From positions 1,674,001 to 1,738,000 of the forward strand of contig OZ210885.1 in the NCBI GenBank assembly GCA_964658305.1: a stretch of DNA of 64,000 nt, written 5' to 3'. A program made the position numbers and the translations under genes. Below, in pieces: positions 47,170 to 59,400 of the stretch (its first letter is position 1; each line of letters opens with the position of its first letter). The notes below the pieces were generated by a model that ran no database searches, had not been told where the DNA came from, and saw only the letters and a program-made list of their open reading frames with translations. This DNA is from Leptogorgia sarmentosa (lineage: Eukaryota).

Positions 47170-47507
47170 ACGATTCTATCTTTAGTCTTAATTTTGATCT
47201 AGCAAGAAGAACAAAATCTCTTAACACAGAATATCTGGGTCACAGAATACCTCACAGGGGCCGGTTGTACGAAGCCCGGTTAACCCAAACGGATTAGTGA
47301 ACGTGTACTACAATAATATTAATACGAAATTACACTTGTTCTCGAAGTATTAATTAAAAATTGCACGCGTGTTTGGCGCCAAAGACATAATAAAGCTGTG
47401 TTGCTCTTGGCAACATTTGAGAACACGCTTGATTACATTATAAGGAGAATTGTAATTTTCATCTTCCTAACGAAGTTTTTGTTGCGCTAATATTCTCTTA
47501 TATTATG

Positions 47508-47700
47508 AAAGAAATAGAAAAACTCGTCGCGTGCCATTATGCTGTTGTAATTGCACTCGGGCAATGTTGTGAGAATATTCGAGAATCGCGTAAAACACTC
47601 GGCTACGCCTCATGTTTTACGCGTTCTCTCGTATTCTCCCAACATTTCTCTCGTGCATTATAACAGCATAATGGCACGCGACTCGTTATCTATTTCTTAA
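47508..47700. repeat. Palindromic repeat of about 190 bp between the STRA6-like genes
   Basis: aagaaatag...tcgcgtgccattatgctgtt / aacagcataatggcacgcga...ctatttctt. Confidence 0.7.
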
Positions 47701-47869
47701 ATAATTAATGAGTGAGAGCAGAACTGTAAACTGTTATCCAAGCGACGACTTTCAAATTCGTGGAACAATTTGATTTTCTTAAGCGTAAGTAAACCATTCA
47801 TTCAAAATTAGTGTAACACCGCGAATTTTAACACCGTGATATCATATTGTAACACCGCGATATCATAAT

Positions 47870-49128
47870 GCCAACGGAGGATGCGATCGGAATCCGTGGC
47901 AGTTTGGACTTCGTCGAGTGTGAGTGTTTTCGGAACACTGCAGCGGGCGATGAAGTTAATATGAACCTCGGTCATTGACCCCCGTTTGAAGCTGGGCGAT
48001 GTTGGATGGCGAGACAAATAAACCACAGGATTACTTGGTCCATGCAGTGGCGTAGACAAGGGGTGGGGCGGCACGGGGGGGGGCTCAGCCCCCCCCAATA
48101 GGCTAAAGGACTGCGCCGTAAAAAGATGAAATCCGGGTACAAATTAGGGGGGGACGATGACTACCCATGTGACTACCAATCTCAATCCCTTCTCCAAACA
48201 TTTTCACAAATCTCACCCCAGAAACACGCTAAATCGCCATTGAGGGACTCCAGATTTCAAAATATTCCCGGGGGGGAGCCCACCGGACCCCCCTACATCG
48301 CATCGCGCCTTCTGCGTTTGCTTTGCCCCCCCAAAAATGAAGGTCTGGCTACGCCACTGGGTCCATGCTTGTATTGGATTTGGAAAGTATAAGGATGGAG
48401 TCACAGAACCCAACGCTCGATTCTAGCGTTTTTGAATTTCTGCTGCCGTAAATTACTCCCAAGCGCTTGTGGTCGGTCACCAGAACAAATTCATGTCCAT
48501 AAAGGTATAGGTGAAAGTGTTCGACTCCCCAGACGATCGCAAGAGCCTCTTTCTCTGTCTGTGAGTACCTTGTTTCTACGTCGGTTAAGGCACGACTCGC
48601 ATAGGCTATAATCTTTTCATCTTCGCCGCCTTTGAACTTTTGGGATAAGATAGCGGAGATACCGACTGGGCTGGCATCGACGATCACGTACGTATCCTTG
48701 GATTTCGTAAAGTAGGCCATACACGGTGCAGAGGAAAGAGCTTCGGTTGGCTGTTTGAAGGCATTCTGATGTGTGTCGTTCCAAACAAATTGGGCATTTT
48801 TCTTGGTTAAATCACGGAGAGGAGCCGTGATGGTGGCGAAGTTGGGTATATATTAGGAGCTGTAATTTGCCATTCCCAAAAGACTACGTACTTCGGATAC
48901 ATTCTTCGGTTTCGATGCGTTTTTCAATGCTGTAACGCGCTTGGGATCTGGCTGGCATTCATCTTTAGAGAAGATTTGGCCGAAAAATTCCAGCGTTTCG
49001 TTCAGGAATTTGCATTTGCTAGCATTGAGTCGTAGACCTTTGTCTGAGAGGCGTTTCAGACCTCGGGCCGTTTTTGAGACCTCGACAAAATATTTTCCAG
49101 TAAGGACCTCCCAGCTGGTAAATAACAT
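47870..49128 (-). pseudogene. Decayed Ty3/gypsy LTR-retrotransposon pol fragment (RT C-terminus, RNase H, linker) in intron 1 of STRA6-like gene 2
   Basis: Minus-strand peptides GLRLNASKCKF...EFFGQIFSKD..QPDPKRV...PKNVSEVRSLLGMANY and VDASPVGISAILSQ...IAYASRALTDVETRYSQTEKEALAIVWGVEHFHLYLYGHEFVLVTDHKRL, then YKHGPSNPVVYLSRHP. It has a stop at 48853, a frameshift and a MITE insertion. Confidence 0.9.
48045..48359. mobile_element. hAT-like MITE inserted in the retrotransposon fragment
   Basis: TIRs cagtggcgtag / ctacgccactg; perfect 8-bp TSD ggtccatg (48037-48044, 48360-48367). Confidence 0.88.
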
Positions 49129-49849
49129 ATATATCTTGCCGGCCTCGTGTCTATATCCTAATAAGGTAGTGTTCTCCAGGTGTCAATGTTACGTCATTTG
49201 TTTACTAAACTGGTGACTTTTAGTTTGCATTGTTTTAGGTGTTGTGTAAATTCTGCCTTCTGGAAGATCGAATTCAAGATTCAACTGTTGGAAACAGTAA
49301 GCATTTGGTTATTATCTCTTGTCAACCTCTCTTTAGAGTGGTAGCCAATTAATTGTACCGTTGTATAAAACAAATTACCGAATTTATTCTATGAAGGTCA
49401 GTTGAAACGAGGCCAATATGTTGATCATCATCATCACGTTGGCATCATTTGAACACTAGGTCGAATAATGTTGCTTGAATTTAAAAAAGTTACAATTTTC
49501 ATCCGAAAATGTTGGACAGGCCTTTAAGATACTGATTTTGATACTTATTGTGTGCGGTTTTGTATAAAATAATATAATAAATGAGTCCTCAAACATTAAC
49601 CTTAAAAGTTACAGGGGCACTCCCAAAAATGTTTAAATTGAGCTCTCTAGACTTGATTTTGTGCAATTTCAGCATGTCTGCTCATTTTCTGACAAAAAAA
49701 GGGACGTTTACTGGGGGGGAAATTCCTCCAGTGAGGGAGGGGGGCTTTTGCCCCCCCCCCCCCCCCCCCCAGTGTACTATGTTTAAATATTATACCTCAA
49801 ATTCAAATTGTCCAATGAAAAACCAGCATTTGTACCACGTGAGAGTGTG

Positions 49850-50222
49850 ATTTTTTACGGTATTTCACTCAAATTCATGATTTCGCAATCCAGCGTGGGA
49901 TACTATAATATCCCACGGCAGATCCACCGTAGGATATTATAGTATCCCACGCTCACGCGTGACGCGTGGGCATCACGCGCTTAGCATTGCTATGGAAAAT
50001 GGCGGGAGAGCAAGACTCGACGAAGAAATAAATAGACTTCTTGAAAACAAAGATGCAAAAATGTTTTGTTCGGTATAAAATATCATTTATAGACCCTCCT
50101 CTCGGGGGATTCGGCGATATTTCCCTCAGTGATGATATTTTCCTCGGGGCAGAGCCCCTTGGAAAATATCATCACTTCGGGAAATATTACGCCGAATCCC
50201 CCTCGCTCCGGGTCTATAGATG
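49850..50222 (+). mobile_element. Probable Crypton-like non-autonomous element
   Basis: Stub MENGGRARLDEEINRLLENKDAK from 49992, followed by a hairpin of about 130 bp at 50087-50219. A second small hairpin lies at 49890-49953. Confidence 0.4.
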
Positions 50223-50401
50223 ATAAAAAGGCCCTGGCTAAACAAGATTGTGTGACCGCCAATTCTCATGCACTCTCATACAGTAATAATTAATTATAGT
50301 GTATAAACCATTTGTAAACGTGGGTGGGGATAAAGACGTGAAGCTAAATAGTGACAAAGGCACTGCCATATTGAATATAATATTTTTCCTACAATCTAGC
50401 A

Positions 50402-53400
50402 ATGGAGGACATCACACCTACACCTGAAACCAGGTGGGTCTAATAGACCATTTTAGAAGAACCTGAGCATGACTGGCAAAGCCAATTATACATCTGCAGA
50501 CATCAGAAACATATAAAACAATTGAATGAAGTTTATTACTCATGCAAGTATATTGCAACAATATAGTGCAATATAGCAGGAAACGGACATCTCTTTAAGT
50601 ATTCTCAAAGATAGTTTTGTATCCCAATTACTTTCTCACAGTAATAATTTTGACAGGTCATTTTCATTCACCCTATAAACAGAATTTAAAAAATAAGACG
50701 CCCAACATTACACCGGCCACAATAGGGAAGATCTAAATGTAAAACCAACAGTTAAATTTGAGTTAATATGGGTATTTGTTTCTGGGTTTTTTTCAGTGTT
50801 GATTGCCATGTGAATCATCAGTATTATCCTCACCTCTTCTTGCTACCTGCTGTAAGTATCGTTAATGCCACCATCAGGACTTGAAGTATTAAATTTGTAA
50901 GATTTTTTGGGGAAAAAACCATATTTTAAAGCTTTTTTTTCCAAAAATTGTTCCTTTGATGCAATCATGAAATAGCTGGGATGAGGTTGTATTTCCAGCA
51001 ATTTAGAGGTTCTAAATGTTCAAAATTTTCGTGCTCTGCGCCAATCATGTTCCGCTTGCTGTTCTTCCATCGGCACATTTTCAAATACACAATGTCCTAT
51101 TAAAAATGCACTCTTTACCCCCTCAAAATATCATGACCACGCCCTTTTATCTGGACAAAATATTGTTACAGCCCCTCCCCCCCCCCCCCCCTCCAATGCT
51201 GAAGCTGAATTGATGCCTCTGTCACATACTTTAGATGTAAAAATAATCGATTTCAAAAGAGACCAAAGGTGCAGCATACGAATATATGAATATTTCCCCC
51301 AAATTATCCATCTAACTTTGTTTTAGGGAATAATCATTACCATATTGGCCTTTTTACGACGACGAAGAAGTTTCAGAAAAGACATTTGGAAAGGTCGTCC
51401 TGGGGTTGTTGTGTAAGTAAATACAAAGAATCCTGGGGGCCTCCATGGGGTTGGGCAGTGTCCCAGAGGCAATGGACATAACTCGTCCTCCAAGCCCAAC
51501 CCCCCTCCCTGCCAGATCTTGATTGCAACATGCAACCATCCCCCATTGAACGAGGGTATGACAATCGCAGGCTGCGTTCCATGGTGACGCGATTTCATAT
51601 TAACGAACATTATAAGATCCAGCTCAGCAAAGAGCACGTCCATTCTTGTCCAGTCTGTCTGCCAAAGTCCAGTGAGGAGAAAGGGCATAACTACAAAGAT
51701 TTGAAAACGCCCTGTTACATCCTATATAGGCCTATAGATTTCTTTGGTGATCACAACCGCCTATCTGTCGTGTGCATGTTTGGAGCTGCTGCTGGATCAA
51801 TCATGGATTTAGCCGTCGACAGCTCAAGCATTCCTGGATTCCAGGATACGAATGCTTGGGGAAAAGGTTAGAAACGATTTTTCATGTATATCGATAGGAT
51901 TCTGTACAGCACAACTTAGGTATTACTCCTAGGAGCTCTACCCCTTTAGACTTTAGACTTTATTCAAATTTGCACAATTATATATACATACATTCTAATA
52001 CAACAGATACACAGTTATTACACAAAAAAAGGGAAATTAAGTTACAATAATTACAAATAAATTATCGTGCGCAGTGATCAAAGTAGCCAAAAGCTTTCGA
52101 GTTGATCACCCCACCAATTCATGCTGCTAAATCCCTTCGATTTTAACGTGAGGGAGACTGGGAGTGATTGCACGTGGGTGAGGTACGTAAAATCTGTGCA
52201 CTTGGAACTGATCACTGCCACTTATAACTCGTCAGTGCCAGTTTTGTGGACTGAAAATCTTGAGCAAAAATAATATTTTCGGATTTGCAAATTTAGGATA
52301 AATTGACCATTTGATCATTTTGTCTGGCGGTCCCTTTACGCGGCAAGATTTCTAAAAAAACGTCTTTTTGTCCTAAAAATGTGCTATATTTTCGTGCCAA
52401 AAAACAAAACATTCAGAAATTCGACTACATCCAACAGAATTTCTCGGAGCCCCGGTAATAGCTAAACTGACGCGCCCTGTAAAAATTAGCCATTCCCGAA
52501 TCGAGCAGAGGACTGGGTCTAGTCGCTTGTTTTGGAGGGACAAATATAAACAATAGGCCGAAATTGACATCTGGGAATCTGAAATGCAAAAAATATAATT
52601 AAGGCATCATTCAATAAATATTTAGCTCCTCTACTTTTGCTTCTTGTCCCTCAGTTGCCCCTGTAAACTTTGACTAGACCCAGTCCTTCGCTTGATTGGA
52701 AAATGGCTAATTGCCTTTGATCTAACACGATATTTATCCTTTAGCATTTCTTCTCATTGCAACCTGTGTCGAATTTGCCTTGCTCTATTATCCGCACTTT
52801 GGATGCTTGACGTCATATCACACAATAATTGGAGCTTTAATGGGAGTCTTGTACGCAACAGTTTTGTGAGTACAGCTACGAATGAATTTACGTACTTACC
52901 ATGTTTTTATCACTTTTTCATTCACTTGGACAGTTTGTTTGGCGTTCCCATGGCTCGCCATTGAAAAACCTGAAGAGCTAATAGCTATTTTATTTTCTTA
53001 ATGCAGCTTCCTTGTGTGGTTGACCGCAACTTTCCAAAAGTGTGAGGTAACTCAGGTAAGGAGCTGTTTACATGAGCCCTAAAGTAGGGCTGTCCCTAGC
53101 ATTTGATCATACATTAGCATGTTAATTTGCGCATTATAAATATTAAATATTATTTATTATTAATTTTCACCGCTTGTTTACACGAGAAAAATCAGCCCTA
53201 ATAGAAGGGATGTCTTCCTTTCGCGCATGCGATTCGTTATTTATTTTGGCGTCCAGAATCATAGCCCGAAAGCTGAATTTTAGAACAAAAGCCAACAGAC
53301 ATTTGGATATTTATTTACATCTTTAAAACAACGAAAGCTTCAAAGAGTTTATTCTTAAATCGATTCGACAGTTTTTTCACTCAGCTCTACTTGAAGGGCC

Positions 53401-56400
53401 AGTCCACTCTACTGCGTTTATATGAGAAAATTCCAGCCCTACCAGGCGTGATCTCGGGTGAATAATAGCGAGATCTCGCCTAGGAGGGCTGGTTCTCATG
53501 TAAACGTAAACAATTTTTATTATTATTTGTTTAAAATAATTCAAGAGTTTTGATTGGTTAAGAGCAGTGGGTGAATTCGTCATATCTGCTCGGTAAAACA
53601 CATATACGACATTATGACGTCATTATGTCGTATATTGAAAATTATATGACATTATGACGTCGACTAATTTATGCTGCTTATGTTAAAAGTGGGAAAAAAT
53701 ACAAGTTCTTGTTTACAGATGAAAATAAATAATAAAACAATTATTAAATTCTGTTCTCGTAGGATATGCTGAATTATTAAGGCCTCGGTTTGTGTTATAA
53801 CACAAGCCTCAGCCTTAATAATTCCTCATATCTTGCTCGACCTCATTCGATAATTGTTTAATAAGTATTTCAAATAGTATGCGGGATCTCGCCTAGTAGG
53901 TCAGCCCTCCCGATAGGGCCCATGTAAATTATTTAGCGGTTGGTTCATCTATTCCTTAATCTACACTTGACCTGAATTACTTTTCTCATTGTGTTAGGGC
54001 TATACGACTTTTGATTATGCTGTTGTGATAGTGTCCTTGTTACCACAAATACTCTGTCATCTGTTTATTGTGGGAAAATTTATACTTGTCCTTTACAAGG
54101 AAATTAAGGAATATGGACTACACAGAAAACGATTCCTTTCTGAAGTAAGTTCATAGAAATATTAGACCTAGAGTGGGCGGTGTCTGAGTTGAAAACAAAA
54201 ATTCGAATTCTGTTTTAATTCTGCCATACTAGATTTGTCCGAGGAGTGCTTTGAATATGTCCGTGCAGGCGAGTTTAATTTGCCCGTGTGAAAATTTTTA
54301 AATCGTTAAGGCGGTGGGCATCACCGTTTTCGCGCGAACGAGCAAAAAATGAGTTTGACTGTGTGGTGATGTGGTCGGTGTGTGTCTGCAGTCAATCAAG
54401 TTGGCGCGAACAAGTGCGTGGAAAACAGGCTTTATGTAAATCAGTCAATCAGTTAACGTCACTTGTTTAATTGAGAGAGGATATATGAAAGCAAGCTGAA
54501 CGCAAAAAGCAAAAAAATATTTTTATGGCCAAATCTGTATAATTTCGGTTATAACATCGCTCAAAAATTGACTGTGCCTTAATCGATGACCATTTAGGAC
54601 GAACAGTCAGAAGTCAAGTTGACAAGCCCTTGGTTAAAAGATTACGTTAGAGAACTTATCAACTCAGAGTAAGGACGTTTTTATAGTATACAGATAAGAA
54701 TAAATTCAGATGGATATTATGGAATTAACATTAGCTTTTAGTTAATTTACTATTGTATATAAACCAGATATTTCCGCCTCCTTTGTAGACCAGCCCCACA
54801 ATACTCAGGAATGCAATTCTACTTGAGGAAAATTTATAATCCAAACAAAAGTAAGTGTTTATTTCTCAACCCGTGTCGTAAACCAGGTAAAGATAGCACG
54901 GAACAAAATTTGCCAAGTGCATGCATGTATATATAGAATTTCCGGAAAAGAGAAGTCCAAAATGAAAGACGTTTTGTACAATGTTTATCATGAACATTTT
55001 GCTGCATATTATTGACTCTTGGCGCTATTGTAATGGATTTTCAGTAACGTTGCGAAATTTTAAGATACAGCAAGTGTTCTACTAACTAACCTAAACGATG
55101 CAATAAGATTATGCGTTTCAAGCGAAAAAGACCATTTGCACCGATTCCCGACGAAGGGCATTTCTTTGAAACATCGAACCTTTTTGTATTGTTTACGTAG
55201 TTAATGAGTAGAACGTTTGCTGCTTGTTGATAGAGACCTTAAGAGAGATCGTTCCCAGTAAACTGCTGACCGCAAGCGGCAAACTTCATATCGTGTTTTA
55301 CTGATCTGCTGTGTTTTACAGTAAGCTCTACAAGTTTTCGACAGTAAAGTAGGTTATTTACGCTTAACTTTTCATTTACAATTCAGCCAAACTTCGCACA
55401 ATGAACAGTTGATCTCAGTATACGATTTGAAGTTTGCCGTTTTTGCGGTTAGCCGTAGCCCTAACTTAATGCCTAATAAGTTTTCTCTTTCTAGATTTCA
55501 AGTTTTCTACACAAACTCTCTCCGTGTTCATGATCTGCTTTATTATACTTTACTATGTGAGTCGTACAATATTTCCAACTGATTTTTTAAAGACGATATA
55601 CACGACAATTGAGTTAAACGTGAAAGTATTTGGCGTATATATTATATATATAATTATATATAAATTCAAATTGTTCAATGGAAAAAACGGTGTTTTTTAA
55701 GGTATTTCACTCAATTCAGTGATTTTACAACTGAGCGGTGAATTCGGAGGGTAATTCCACTTTATAATTATTCCCCTTGCCTCCGGCCGTCAAAATCTCC
55801 CTCCGGTGTAGCCTGCTTGTATGGATAATTTCCTGAGCAACATCGCCGACAACAACGTTTAAATCAAATTTTCGGTATAATTAACAATTAGTCGCCGAAG
55901 GCGAGGTGATTACAAGCTCATAGTCACCAAGGCGCGAAGCGCCGAGGTGACTATGAGCTTGTAATCACCGAAGCCTGAGGCGACTAATTGTTTTAGTATA
56001 AATTCCCAGGTCAAACTGATTTGATTCAAACTGTCTGTTAAGTGGAAATTCAAGTTTTGTTTACTTTGCTTATAGTTTGTTTACATAAAATAATTCACGC
56101 TCATATCACCACTTTGCTAGTGAAAAAAGCCAGTTTTGTTGCATAAAAATAACAATAAATAAAATTACTTTAAAATATTACTTTAAAAGATTTTTAAACC
56201 ATATTTTGTCGCTTGTTTAACTTTCTTGGGGATGCTTTCTTGTTTAATTTTGTCAATTTCTTCCTGCGAAACTTCAGCAAACCGAGCGGCCATTTTGAAT
56301 TTTAATTATGTTATAGTCACTGCCAAGTGTCTATAACACCAGAGACAGCAAATTTTAACCAATCAGATTGCAGGAAATGTTATAGTCACTTGAAAATTTA

Positions 56401-59400
56401 TACTAACATCCGTTATATGGACCTTTCACTCGGGTATTTTTTGTGAAATACCCCTCGTTCCAGGTCAATAACTGATAAATATGTATTCTGTTGTATATAG
56501 ATAACAACAATTTTGCTTATTCGTGCAAGTAAATGCCTGGATCGAATCAATCAGGTTGATGAGCCCGTTAATGAGTGGAATTTAGTTAGATTCTTTCGTT
56601 GGATTATTGGTAAGTGTGTTGAAAAATATCTATGCTTTAATCTATGTAGCTTGTATCTATTTTAAGTATATACCAAAAATATTATGTCCCAAAACGCGCT
56701 AAAAACCTTGGAATAAAAATATTTGATGATGATGATGATGATATAGTGATGGTGATGATAAACATTATTTAACCACGCTAACGTTGTCAGCAAAATAGCT
56801 GTTTTCCACAATGGGCGTGTAAAAGGACATATTTATTAACTATTTACAAAATATTGAAACATAACTATTTTAATAATCGTAGATAATAAGTAGCATAGTA
56901 AAATTTTAACAATCATGGTTAGAGTTTAGTGAATAATTTATTTACATTAGTAAAGAGAGAAGGCTGATAATTCCTTTTCAAAACCAGAAAGTGTTTTGGT
57001 ATCTTTGATGACTTCAGGAATAGAGTTCCATTTTGAAACTTCATCATACATGAAAATCGTTTTCATACTGTTCTAACGTGCCTTGGGCAAACGTAATGTG
57101 TTTGAACTGTCACGGAGGTTATGCTGTAGTGATTCTTTTTTGAAATTAAACAATCTTTTAAGAGACGTTTTTATCCCTTTATCATGAAGAATTTTAAACA
57201 TGGCTTTTCCTTTACTTTTAAATCTTTGTGTTTGGAGTGTTTACCATTGAAGTAATTCTAGTACTGTTTCTTTACCATCATCGTTCGCTACATCTGTTAT
57301 AATTCGGGCAGCTCTCTTGCGAAGCTTTTGTAGACGCATCGATTGAGTTTCATAAAATTGATATAGATTTGAAAACACATCGAGCTGTTTCCCCATGTTG
57401 CCGGTATCTTTCATAAACAAACTTTTATTTAGGTTCGTTGATCGGCGCTTCCATTTTGGCCGCCATATTTTGTGTTATCTCTCTTACGCGTTTCATGGAA
57501 AATCACAAGTATGTTACGTAATAGATATGTTTCAGTGGGTTAGTCGTAGCCCGTTTTATACATATTCGTCTTGAGAATAACGAAAGGCTGTTTTCCACTT
57601 CAAACGTTGGGTTTGTCGTTGTTTCCTCTTTCCTGAGGAGTGAAGTGGATCTAATGACTCCGACACAAAAGAAAGTGTTCCGTTACGTTACGGTACGCTT
57701 GAAGTGAAAATAAGTTATGTAGTTGTGCACATGTACGCACAAGTGTTCCTTCTTTATTACGTTGGCCACGTGATGTTTTTTACTTTGCGCGTAGTTTTCC
57801 AGCATCGATTACAACAGGTTGGAGTCCAAGTCCAAACTGACTTGGAAATGTGGTAACTCCAAAATTCTCATCCCCTATTTCTATATTATCTACAGGAATA
57901 ACATGTTAAGGATGTTCAAAGGCGATAAATCTTTTATTCCGCGGACAATCAATATGCAGTCGCAATTTGTAATTGTAAGTTGAACCATATACCCTTGTCG
58001 TCGTGTGTTTTTTTGTCTGGTTATTTATGCATGCACTCATAACTAACCCAATGGCCTCGTTTTCATTTTGCTTCGCGGCCTCTCCCGAATGTTATATCCG
58101 TATAAAATGTTCTTCTCTCAGTTTAATCTCTACTTACAAATGCACCCTCATCCTCCAGATCCGATTTAGAACCCTCGCCACAGAACCCTCTAGCCACGAT
58201 TGGTATAGATAATTTTCTTGTGTAAATTCCCAATACAAGACGTTTTACGTTTCAGGGGGGGGGGGGCGATTGTGTGAATGAATGCGTTTGCCTCTCAAAT
58301 GTCAAAGTTGATCCGATTATTGTTTTGTATAGGGAAAGGCACTGAGATTCCATTGTTTTCAAATTGGCTTCTTTTTGTGGGGTAAGTATTCTTTGTTTGA
58401 ATTGACACTTAAGTTCCCTAAGTTACGGAGTCGAATCATTCGGGGGGTTGGAAAATTCTTTCATTCTGGGGGTTGGAGAATTCTTTCATTCGGGGGGGGG
58501 GGGTTGGAGAATTCTTGTTGGTAAAATATCTGTTATTAAATCCGATACGTTTCGTGTAAACACAGCAATCCGGTATTCTCGTGGTGTGCGAAAGATGGTT
58601 GAGGCAGTCATTCGGGGGCGCGGGGCGTTCCAGCAGTAGTGTGAACACGCATGCGTTCCTTTTTTTAATCCGGTATGAAAGCAATCCGGTATAGTGTTAT
58701 CCCGGTCTAAGTGTTAATATCCAAAATTAGGCTGCTTTGAGTTTGAGATATAGAATTTGTGTACTCGTAGTCCAATCCTGCCACCGCAAAGCACCTCTTC
58801 ATTTGGTGCTATCACTGGAAACTTCTATTGTACTTTTCCAGGCTACGTTCTGCTCTTGCTGCTGTTTTGGGTTATCCTAATATTTTTTCACTTATTACAT
58901 ATACCGTATATTTGGAGTGGTATCGTAGACTGGTTTAAAGGAGGGGGGTACGTATAGCGATGCTCTCGTATTTTGGGACGCAAAAAGAACTTCCTTATAT
59001 TGTCAGGCGAGAGAGTAGCCGAGACCAGGGCGCTTGTTTGAGTTCATTTGCATATTTAGGTTTGACACATGAAAAGTTTGACGTCTAATCTAGGACTAAC
59101 AGTTGATAACTTTGTTCCCCAATATTTTATTCAGCGTTCTCATGTTCGTGGCTCTTCTTACCTACATCTCAATGCTTGCCGTCTCGGCAACAGTATTCCG
59201 CGACAACAGCTTTCCTAGAAATGTCGTATCTATAGATAACAGGTATGTTTCAACATGATTCTAATAAATTGAGGTTTTTTAATTTCGACTTTGCTTTGTT
59301 TCATATTCAGCAGTAATTTACAAGACATTTTTCGGAATGACTTTTATATTATGATAAATTTTAATATTTGCTGAACTATCAGTCGGTATTTTGCAAGTTG

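Noticed and set aside
48349..49128. Domesticated or active retrotransposon gene
   Set aside because: It has an in-frame stop, a frameshift and a MITE insertion, and lacks the RT catalytic core, gag and integrase.
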